From NCBI GenBank assembly GCA_963763075.1, contig CAVXNF010000006.1, forward strand, positions 1,278 to 65,277: a stretch of 64,000 nt of DNA, given 5' to 3'. Source of the stretch: an uncultured Chloroflexia bacterium (GTDB taxonomy: Bacteria > Chloroflexota > Limnocylindria > Limnocylindrales > CSP1-4). The position numbers and the translations under genes are program-made. The notes beneath the pieces were generated by a model that saw only the letters and a program-made list of their open reading frames with translations, had not been told where the DNA came from and did no database searches. Positions within the stretch are counted from its first letter, which is position 1, and every line of letters begins with the position of its first letter. Shown here piece after piece: positions 32,909 through 40,970 of the stretch.

Positions 32909-34284
32909 CGATGGCGAAGGCGCGGCTGGCCCGGATCGACCTGCCGGACTTCGGTGCGCCCGGGCCTCGGCCGGAGCTGCCCGTCGAGGTCTACCCGGCG
33001 CGGGTGACGGAGCTTCGTGCGCGCGCGAGCGCTCGCGCGTACGACCGCCTGGTGGTGTACGCGGATCGCGAGCACAGCGCCAACCTCTCGTTCCTGACGG
33101 GGTTCGACCCGCGGTTCGAGGAGGCGCTGCTCGTCGTCGGGCCGGACGACCCGCCGCTGATCCTCGTCGGCAACGAGTGCCGCGGGACGGCCGGGGCCGC
33201 GCCGCTGCCGATGCGCGTGGAGCTGTTCCAGGACTTCAGCCTGCCCAACCAGCCGCGCGACCGGTCACGGCCCCTGGGCGAGATCCTGGCGGGGGAGGGG
33301 ATCGGGCGCGGCTCGCGGGTCGGGGTGCTGGGCTGGAAGCCGTTCGCGGACCGGTCGCGGCTCGACGTCCCCGCGTACATCGTTGACGCGCTTCGCACCC
33401 TCGTGGGTGCGGCGGGTCTCGTCGAGAACGCGAACGACCTGCTGGTCGACCCGGCCGACGGGCTGCGCGTGATCAACACCGTCGACCAGCTGGCCGGCTT
33501 CGAGCATGCCGCCACGCGCACGTCGCGAGGCGTCCGGGCGCTGCTCCACGGGCTCCGGCCGGGCATGACCGAGGCGGAGGCCGTCGGGCTGCTCGGCTGG
33601 GACGGGACGCCGCTGTCGTGCCACCTGATGCTGACCGCCGGGCCGCGTGCACGGTTCGGGCTGCTCAGCCCGTCGGATCGCCCGATCGAGCGTGGCGACC
33701 CGTTCACCGTCGCCTTCGGGATCTGGGGCGCCCTCAACTGCCGAGCGGGCTGGGTGGCGGAAGGCGCCGACGACCTGCCGGACGGCGTCCGCGACTACGT
33801 GGACCGGCTCGTGGCGCCATACGTCGAGGCGGTGGCCGAGTGGTACGGCGCGCTGCACATCGGCGTGACCGGCGGCGAGCTCCAGGCGATCATCGACCGC
33901 CGGCTGGGCGACCCGTTCTTCGGCATCTTCCTCAACCCCGGCCACCAGCTCCACCTCGACGAGTGGGTCAGCTCGCCGATCTGGCCGGGCTCGACGGTGG
34001 CGCTGCGCTCCGGGATGGCGCTCCAGGTCGACATCATCCCGGCCACGGGCACGCCGTGGTTCACGACCAACATCGAGGACGGGATCGCCATCGCCGACGA
34101 GGGGCTGCGGGCGTCGTTCGCAGCCGCCTATCCGGCGGCGTGGACGCGGATCGAGGCGCGACGGGCGTTCATGCGCGACGCGCTGGGCATCGACCTCCAC
34201 CCCGACGTCCTGCCGTTCTCCAGCATCCCCGCCTGGCTGCCGCCGTTCGTGCTCCGGCCGGACCTCGCGATGACGCTCGCCTGA
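32905..34284 (+). CDS. Creatinase-N / M24 (pita-bread fold) hydrolase-like protein
   Basis: [62 protein letters not shown]; ATGA overlap with upstream gene. Confidence 0.7.
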   Translation: MTMAKARLARIDLPDFGAPGPRPELPVEVYPARVTELRARASARAYDRLVVYADREHSANLSFLTGFDPRFEEALLVVGPDDPPLILVGNECRGTAGAAPLPMRVELFQDFSLPNQPRDRSRPLGEILAGEGIGRGSRVGVLGWKPFADRSRLDVPAYIVDALRTLVGAAGLVENANDLLVDPADGLRVINTVDQLAGFEHAATRTSRGVRALLHGLRPGMTEAEAVGLLGWDGTPLSCHLMLTAGPRARFGLLSPSDRPIERGDPFTVAFGIWGALNCRAGWVAEGADDLPDGVRDYVDRLVAPYVEAVAEWYGALHIGVTGGELQAIIDRRLGDPFFGIFLNPGHQLHLDEWVSSPIWPGSTVALRSGMALQVDIIPATGTPWFTTNIEDGIAIADEGLRASFAAAYPAAWTRIEARRAFMRDALGIDLHPDVLPFSSIPAWLPPFVLRPDLAMTLA

Positions 34285-34326
34285 GGCAGCGGACGGCCGT
34301 CCCCGAGCGTCGATCCGTGCTCGCGT

Positions 34327-34356
34327 TTGCCGGTTCGAGGCCTGCCCTGCTATCCT
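34327..34356 (+). promoter_or_regulatory. Promoter of rpsO-pnp
   Basis: TTGCCG-N18-TATCCT with TGn extension. Confidence 0.65.
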
Positions 34357-34412
34357 CCGCCGGTCGAAGTACATGGAATACAGTCACGCCATCGTTCGTG
34401 TCGGAGGATCGA

Positions 34413-34682
34413 GTGCCGCTCGCGCGGGAGAAGAAGCAAGAGGTCATCACCCAGTTCGCCGTCAAGGACGGTGACACCGGGTCGCCCGAGGTCCAGGTCG
34501 CGCTCCTGACGGAGCGGATCCGCGATCTCAACGGGCACCTCGCGCGCTTTCCGAAGGATCATCATTCCCGCCGCGGCCTCCTCAAGCTCGTGGGTCAGCG
34601 CCGACGCCTTCTTGCGTATCTGATCAAGAAGGACGCCACTCGCTATCGAGCCGTGATCGGCTCGCTCGGACTCCGCCGCTAG
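34413..34682 (+). CDS. rpsO: 30S ribosomal protein S15
   Basis: GTG after GGAGG; [40 protein letters not shown]. Confidence 0.99.
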   Translation: MPLAREKKQEVITQFAVKDGDTGSPEVQVALLTERIRDLNGHLARFPKDHHSRRGLLKLVGQRRRLLAYLIKKDATRYRAVIGSLGLRR

Positions 34683-34695
34683 GACTCGCCGCAGC

Positions 34696-34725
34696 AGACC
34701 CCGGACGTTGATCCGGGGTCTTGTG
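34696..34725 (+). terminator. Hairpin between rpsO and pnp
   Basis: AGACCCCGGA-cgttga-TCCGGGGTCT followed by TGTG. Confidence 0.6.
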
Positions 34726-34809
34726 CATCCGGCTCCTGGCCTCGAGGCCCCGGCCCTACCCGCCGCAGGTCGCTCCTTCCACCTTCACGACCAAGGAGGT
34801 CGTTCACAC

Positions 34810-37395
34810 GTGCCCACTCCCACCACGCTCGAGATCGAGTTCGGCGGTCGAACCCTGATCCTGGAGACCGGCCGCCTGGCCGGCAACGCCGGCGGCGCCG
34901 TCACCGCCCGCTACGGCGACTCGATGGTCCTCGGGACCGCGAACCGCTCCGAGCCCCGCCCGGGTCTCGACTTCTTCCCGCTCACCGTCGATTTCGAGGA
35001 GCGGATGTACGCGGCCGGCAAGATCCCCGGCGGCTTCATCAAGCGCGAGGGCCGCGCCTCCGAGGCCGCGACGCTCGCGGCGCGCCTCACCGACCGCCCG
35101 ATCCGCCCGCTGTTCCCCGAGGGGTACAAGGACGACGTCCAGATCGTCATCACGACGCTCTCGACGGACCACGAGAACGAGCTCGACGTGCTTGGCACGA
35201 TCGCCGCGTCCGCGGCGCTGACGATCAGCGAGATCCCGTTCCAGGGCCCGATCGGCGCCGTCCACGTCGGCTACATCGACGGCGAGTTCGTCCTCAACCC
35301 GACCACGAGCCAGCTCGTGGAGTCGCAGCTCGACCTCGTCGTCGCCGGCACCCGCGACGCGATCATGATGGTCGAGGCCGGCGTCAAGATCCTGCCCGAG
35401 GACGTGATGGCCGAGGCGATCATGTTCGCCCACCGGTCGATCGCGCCGCTCATCGACCTCCAGGAGGAGCTGCGCGAGAAGGTCGGCAAGGCCAAGCGCC
35501 TGCCGTACCTCGAGCCGGCCACCGACTCCGTGCTCACCTTCGCCGAGCTGGCCAAGGCCGGCGGCGAGTTCGTCGTCGTCGACGTCGAGACCACCGGCAC
35601 GGACCCGAAGATGGCCGACCTCGTCGAGGTCGCCGCGGTCCGCGTCAAGGGCGGCAAGATCACCGACCGCTGGTCCACGTACGTGAACCCGGGCCGGCCG
35701 ATCGTCGGCAACCAGATGCACGGCATCACCGACAAGGACGTCAAGGGCGCCCCGACCCCGGCCGAGGCCGCCCGCAAGGCGCTCGACTTCGTGGGCGACG
35801 CGCTGTTCGTCGGCCACTCGGTGGGCTTCGACATCGCGTTCATCGAGGCTGCGCTGGGCGACGGCACCCGCATCGAGCAGGGCCGCTACCTGGACACGCT
35901 GGTGATCGCGCGCGACGGCTACCCCGAGCTCGAGAACTACAAGCTGCCGACCCTGGCGAACTTCTTCGGGGTCGAGCTCAAGGAGAGCCACCGCGCCCTC
36001 CCGGACGCCGAGGCGACCGCGACCCTGCTGAACTGGTTCGGCAACGACCTGCCCGGCCGGATCGCCGACCTCAAGGCCGGCATCGCGACCGCGGTCCGCG
36101 CCACGCGCACCGACAAGGCCGAGTCCGAGAAGCTGCTCGAGGCGGCCCGCCGCCAGGCGCGCTTCAGCAAGAGCCTGTTCGGGCTCGTGCAGAAGAAGAC
36201 CGTCCGTGAGCTCGTCCTCGGCGAGGGCCTCCGCATGGACGGCCGCGCCACCGACGAGATCCGCCCGATCTCGGTCGAGGTCGGCCTGCTCCCGCGTGCG
36301 CACGGCTCCGGCCTGTTCACCCGCGGCCAGACCCAGGCCCTGACGGTCGCCACGCTCGGCGCGTCCTCGGACGTCCAGCGGATCGACACGATCAGCGCGG
36401 AGACCGAGAAGCGGTACCTCCACCACTACAACTTCCCGCCCTACAGCACCGGTGAGAACAAGCCGATGCGCGGGCCCAGCCGCCGCGACATCGGGCACGG
36501 CAACCTCGCCGCCCGGGCGCTGCTGCCGGTCCTCCCGACGCACGACGAGTTCCCGTACGTCATCCGCCTCGTGTCCGAGGTCGTCGCCGGCAACGGCTCG
36601 ACGTCCATGGCCTCGACGTGCGGCTCGACCCTCGCCCTGATGGACGCGGGCGTGCCGATCTCGGCGCCGGTCGCCGGTGCCGCGATGGGCCTCGTGCTCG
36701 ACAGCGAGACCGGCAACTTCGTGGTCCTCACCGACATCCTCGGCAAGGAGGACTCGATCGGTGACATGGACTTCAAGGTCACCGGGACCACGAAGGGCAT
36801 CACCGCCCTCCAGATGGACATCAAGGTCAAGGGCATCGACGAGCGGGTCATCCGCGAGGGGCTCAAGCAGGCCCTCGCCGCCCGCCTGTTCATCCTCGAC
36901 AAGATGACCGAGGTCCTGCCGAACGCGCGCGAGGAGATGTCCGACTTCGCGCCGCGGATCACGACGATCAAGATCAACCCCGAGAAGATCCGCGAGATCA
37001 TCGGCAAGGGTGGGTCGATGATCCGGAAGATCCAGGAAGAGACCAGCACCGAGATCAACGTCGAGGACGACGGCACCGTGGAGATCGCGGCCGTGTCCGG
37101 GGAGAACGCCCGCAAGGCGATCACCTGGATCGAGAGCCTGACCCGCGACGTCGAGGTCGGCGCGCTGTACCTCGGCAAGGTCACCCGGCTCATGAACTTC
37201 GGCGCCTTCGTCGAGATCCTGCCGGGCAAGGAGGGGCTCGTCCGGATCGGCGAGCTCGCCGACTACCACGTGCCGTCCGTCGAGGACGTCGTGTCGGTCG
37301 GGGACGAGGTCATGGTGGTGGTCACCGAGATCGACCGCCAGGGCCGCGTCAACCTCTCCCGCAAGGCGGCGATGCAGCGGCATCTCGCCAAGTAA
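34810..37395 (+). CDS. pnp: Polyribonucleotide nucleotidyltransferase with an inserted DEDDh exonuclease domain
   Basis: PH1 (FFPLTVDFEERMYAAGKIPGGFIKREGR), PH2 (RAHGSGLFTRGQTQ, EDSIGDMDFKV), KH (IIGKGG), S1; insert VVVDVETTG / HSVGFD / HRALPDA; single uninterrupted 861-aa ORF. Confidence 0.98.
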   Translation: MPTPTTLEIEFGGRTLILETGRLAGNAGGAVTARYGDSMVLGTANRSEPRPGLDFFPLTVDFEERMYAAGKIPGGFIKREGRASEAATLAARLTDRPIRPLFPEGYKDDVQIVITTLSTDHENELDVLGTIAASAALTISEIPFQGPIGAVHVGYIDGEFVLNPTTSQLVESQLDLVVAGTRDAIMMVEAGVKILPEDVMAEAIMFAHRSIAPLIDLQEELREKVGKAKRLPYLEPATDSVLTFAELAKAGGEFVVVDVETTGTDPKMADLVEVAAVRVKGGKITDRWSTYVNPGRPIVGNQMHGITDKDVKGAPTPAEAARKALDFVGDALFVGHSVGFDIAFIEAALGDGTRIEQGRYLDTLVIARDGYPELENYKLPTLANFFGVELKESHRALPDAEATATLLNWFGNDLPGRIADLKAGIATAVRATRTDKAESEKLLEAARRQARFSKSLFGLVQKKTVRELVLGEGLRMDGRATDEIRPISVEVGLLPRAHGSGLFTRGQTQALTVATLGASSDVQRIDTISAETEKRYLHHYNFPPYSTGENKPMRGPSRRDIGHGNLAARALLPVLPTHDEFPYVIRLVSEVVAGNGSTSMASTCGSTLALMDAGVPISAPVAGAAMGLVLDSETGNFVVLTDILGKEDSIGDMDFKVTGTTKGITALQMDIKVKGIDERVIREGLKQALAARLFILDKMTEVLPNAREEMSDFAPRITTIKINPEKIREIIGKGGSMIRKIQEETSTEINVEDDGTVEIAAVSGENARKAITWIESLTRDVEVGALYLGKVTRLMNFGAFVEILPGKEGLVRIGELADYHVPSVEDVVSVGDEVMVVVTEIDRQGRVNLSRKAAMQRHLAK

Positions 37396-37410
37396 CCCTC
37401 GTCACGCAGA

Positions 37411-37448
37411 CGCCCCCGGGAGCCACGGCTCCCGGGGGCGTTTCTCGT
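37411..37448 (+). terminator. Intrinsic terminator of pnp
   Basis: CGCCCCCGGGAGC-cacg-GCTCCCGGGGGCG followed by TTTCTCGT. Confidence 0.85.
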
Positions 37449-37719
37449 TGTCCGGCGCTCGCCGCTCCCGTCGGTTTCAGCCTGGGAGTGCGACCCACCT
37501 CGCGACTGGGAGCGAATCTCGGCCCGGGGGTGCGGACGGCGCCCGATCTGCGTCGAGGCGACGCGCCGAGACGGCGCGGGCTCGTACCCGGGGGACGAAC
37601 GCGGACGGCCGTGCCAGTCGGTTCGCACTGGGAGGTTGAGCGCGGCGTCACCGCGCCGCGCGAGCCGCGCCATCGGCCGCGAGGCCCGCGAACGCGCGCG
37701 AGCCGACTCGTCCGGAAAC

Positions 37720-37750
37720 GGCCAACGCCCCCGGGGTGGTCCCGGGGGCG
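37720..37750 (-). terminator. Hairpin downstream of the small minus-strand ORF
   Basis: CGCCCCCGGG-gtggt-CCCGGGGGCG (37726-37750); weak U-tract on the minus strand. Confidence 0.55.
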
Positions 37751-37795
37751 CTTCGTGTGCGGCCGTTCGGAGGCGGCGCTTTGGATGGCTTGCGG

Positions 37796-37906
37796 CTACC
37801 AGGCCGGCTGGTTGTACCGCGTGTCGGCGTCTCGAGAGTCGTCACCAACTGCCTGTGCCAGGACGCCGATCAGGGCCACGAGCAGGAGGGCGATGAGGAG
37901 TTCCAT
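37796..37906 (-). CDS. 36-aa single-pass membrane peptide (absent from the ORF track)
   Basis: MELLIALLLVALIGVLAQAVGDDSRDADTRYNQPAW*; AGGA 7 nt upstream; divergent from LysR; followed by a hairpin. Confidence 0.7.
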   Translation of the reverse strand: MELLIALLLVALIGVLAQAVGDDSRDADTRYNQPAW

Positions 37907-37931
37907 GCCGGTATCCTGCGCCGGGGGGTTG

Positions 37932-37969
37932 ATAACAGCAATCCGTTGTGGTCTCATAAGAAATCATGA
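37932..37969. promoter_or_regulatory. Candidate LysR-binding site in the divergent intergenic region
   Basis: AT-rich patch; TCAT-N8-ATGA (37954-37969) contains T-N11-A and overlaps the LysR ATG; second ATAA at 37932. Confidence 0.5.
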
Positions 37970-38970
37970 CAACTGATTACTCCGTCGCCCCGCCGACGAG
38001 CCGCCGCGTCCTCCCGGACGCGCTCTCGGACCTCAGCCTCCGCCAGCTGCTCAGCTTCCGGGCCGTCGCGGACGAGGGCTCGTTCCACGGTGCCGCCGAC
38101 GCGCTGGACTACACGCAGTCGGCCGTCAGCCAGCACGTGATGGCCCTCGAGGCGGCGCTCGGCGTGCGCCTGTTCGACCGCGGCCGCGGCCGGCGGACCG
38201 TGGAGCTCACGGAGGCCGGCACGCTCCTGCTGCGCCACGTCGAGACGATCACCGACCGGCTCCAGGCGGCACGCGCGGACCTGCTCGCGTACGCGGCCGG
38301 GGAGACGGGCCGGCTCCGGATCGGCGTCTACCAGAGCATCGGCACCCGGATCCTGCCCGCGATCATCGGCCGCTTCAGCCAGGCCTGGCCCGGCGTCGAG
38401 GTCCAGCTCATGGAGGCCAACAGCGACGAGGGCCTGATGGACATGGTGGAGCCCGGCCGGCTCGACCTGACGTTCGGCGTCCTGCCGCTGCCCGAGGGCC
38501 CGTTCGACGGCGTCGAGCTCCTGTCCGACCCGTTCGTCCTCGTCGTGTCCGCGTCGTCGCCCCTCGCCGGGCGCCGTGAAGCCCCGCCGATCGCGCTGAT
38601 CGGGGAGCAGAAGCTCATCGGGTTCCGCTCGTGCCGGAGCACGCGCTGGGTCGAGAGCCAGCTCCGCGCCGCCGGCACGGAGCCCAACTTCGTGTTCCGC
38701 TCCGAGGACAACGGCACGGTCCAGGCGATGGCCGGCGCGGGCCTCGGCAGCGCGCTCGTGCCGCTGCTCGCGGTCGACACCTCGGACCCGCTGATCGCGA
38801 TCCTGCCGACGACCCTCGAGCCCCGCCGGATCGCGCTCATGTGGCACCGCGACCGGTATCGCTCGCCGGCCTCGCGCGAGTTCGTCGAGATCGCCCAGGC
38901 GGTGTGCGCGGAGCTCGCGACCGGCCTCCGGGCGACCCCGCCGGACCGGTCGGTGACGCCCGCTCGGACT
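37966..38970 (+). CDS. LysR family transcriptional regulator (end approximate, stop lost to an indel)
   Basis: LRQLLSFRAVADEGSFHGAADALDYTQSAVSQHVMALE..LG..LFDR, LTEAG, LRIG, AGLGSALVP. Confidence 0.92.
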
Positions 38971-39048
38971 GACCCCGCCGACACCCGTCGCGACCCCCGC
39001 CTGACCGCCGATGCGGCGTTCGCCGGAGGCGGAATCGGGAGGGCCCGC

Positions 39049-39057
39049 TGGTATACT
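39049..39057 (+). promoter_or_regulatory. Extended -10 promoter of asd, probably leaderless
   Basis: TGgTATACT, 6 nt before in-frame GTG 39064. Confidence 0.65.
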
Positions 39058-39063
39058 CCCGCG

Positions 39064-40180
39064 GTGCCCGACAACCTATCGCTAGCAGGTCGGACCGTGC
39101 CTCGAACCAGCCCGAACTCCCTCGTCGTCGCCGTCGTCGGTGCCACCGGCGCCGTCGGCCGGACGATGATCCAGGTCCTCCTCGAGAAGCAGCTCCCGAT
39201 CACCGAGCTGCGGCTCCTCGCGTCGGCGCGCAGCGCCGGGCGGGTCGTGAACGTGGGCGGCACGGACTACACCGTGGGCCTGGCGACGCCGGAGGCGTTC
39301 GAGGGGGTCGACATCGCGCTGTTCAGCGCCGGCGGCGGGACGAGCAAGGAGCTCGCGCCGGAGGCGGCGAAGCGCGGCTGCACGGTCATCGACAACTCGA
39401 GCGCGTGGCGCATGGACCCGGACGTGCCGCTCGTCGTGAGCCAGGTCAACCCCGGCGACCTCGAGGGCCACGAGGGGATCATCGCGAACCCGAACTGCTC
39501 GACGATGCAGCTGCTGCCGCCGCTGATGGCGCTGCGCGACGCGGTCGGGATCGAGCGCGTCGTCGTGGACACGTACCAGAGCGTCGCCGGGACCGGCCAC
39601 AAGGCGATCGTGGAGCTCGAGGAGCAGGTCAAGGCGCACGCCGAGGGCCGACCCAAGGTCGCCGAGATCTACCCGCACCCGATCGCGTTCAACGCCCTCC
39701 CGCACATCGACGTGTTCCTCGACAACGGGTACACGAAGGAGGAGTGGAAGGTCGTCACGGAGAGCCGCAAGATCCTCCACCTGCCCGACCTCCGGATCTC
39801 GTGCACGGCCGTCCGCGTGCCGGTGTTCATCAGCCACTCCGAGGCGGTCCACGTCGAGACCCGCGCCCCGATCACCCCGGCCGAGGCGCGCGCGCTGTTC
39901 GGCGGCGTCAAGGGCGTCGTCGTGCAGGACGACCCGGCCGCGAACGTGTACCCGCTGGCGACCGAGGCCGCCGGGCACGGACGAGATCTACGTCGGCCGG
40001 GTCCGCCAGGACCTGTCGATCGACGGCAACCGCGGGCTCGCCTTCTGGGTCGTGTCCGACAACCTGCGCAAGGGCGCGGCATCGAACGCCGTGGAGCTGG
40101 CCGAGGTGCTCGTCGAGCAGGGCTGGATCCGCAAGGCGAGCGAGCGCCAGCCGGTGGGAGCCGGGGGGCGCACCGCGTGA
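39064..40180 (+). CDS. asd: Aspartate-semialdehyde dehydrogenase (frameshift near 39977; alternative start 39097)
   Basis: VVGATGAVG, IDNSSAWRM, IIANPNCST, TYQSVAG, CTAVRVPV..SHSE, DNLRKGAA. Confidence 0.97.
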
Positions 40181-40934
40181 TGCGCGACGAGCGCCAGGCG
40201 GCGCTCGAGGTGATCGCGAGCGAGGTCCGGGCGTGCACGCAGTGCCGGCTGCACGAGACCCGGACGCTGGCCGTGCCCGGCGAGGGCGACCCTGATACCG
40301 AGGTCGTGTTCGTCGGCGAGGGCCCGGGCATGAACGAGGACCGCGAGGGCCGGCCGTTCGTCGGGCGAGCCGGCGGCATGCTCGTCCGGCTGCTGGGCAG
40401 CATCGGCTGGCAGCGCAACGACGTGTTCATCACCAACGTCGTGAAGTGCCGGCCGCCCGGCAACCGCGACCCCGAGGCGGACGAGATCGCCGCCTGCGCG
40501 CCGTACCTGCAGCGCCAGCTCCAGGTGCTCGACCCGGCCGTCGTCGTGACGCTGGGCCGGTTCTCGATGCAGGCGTTCATCCCCGGCGCCCGGATCGGCC
40601 AGGTCCACGGCACGCACCCACCCGGTCGATCCCGAGACCGGCGCCGCGGCGGCGCTCGCGTTCGCGATGTACCACCCCGCGGCGGCGCTGCGCTCGTCGG
40701 GGGTCGAGCAGACCAGCTTCGAGGACGTCGCCCGGGTACCCTCCGTGCTGCTCCGGGCCCGCGAGCTGCGCGCCGGTCGCCGGAGCCGGCCGAACCACCG
40801 CCGCGCCGCCCGTCACCCCCGCCGCGCCACCGACCGTCACCACCGCGCCCGCATCCCCGCCACGCCCTGAGACTCCCGCCGCCGTCGCGGCCGAACCGGC
40901 CCCCGACGACGCCTCCCAGCTCACCCTGTTCTGA
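40180..40934 (+). CDS. Family 4 uracil-DNA glycosylase with Pro/Ala tail (frameshifts near 40615 and 40785)
   Basis: CTQCRL, GEGPG..ED..GRPFVGRAG, NVVKCRPPGNR, MYHPAAAL. Confidence 0.93.
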
Positions 40935-40970
40935 CCCGCCACAAGACGAGCCACATGGACACCACCACCC

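Noticed and set aside
33618-34682. 354-aa ORF as an N-terminally extended S15
   Set aside because: rpsO has its own promoter, SD and GTG at 34413; the upstream part overlaps the M24-like gene in another frame.
35560-36040. PNPase insert as an intein or homing endonuclease
   Set aside because: No N-terminal Cys/Ser block, no terminal His-Asn, no LAGLIDADG or HNH motif; it has DEDDh motifs instead.
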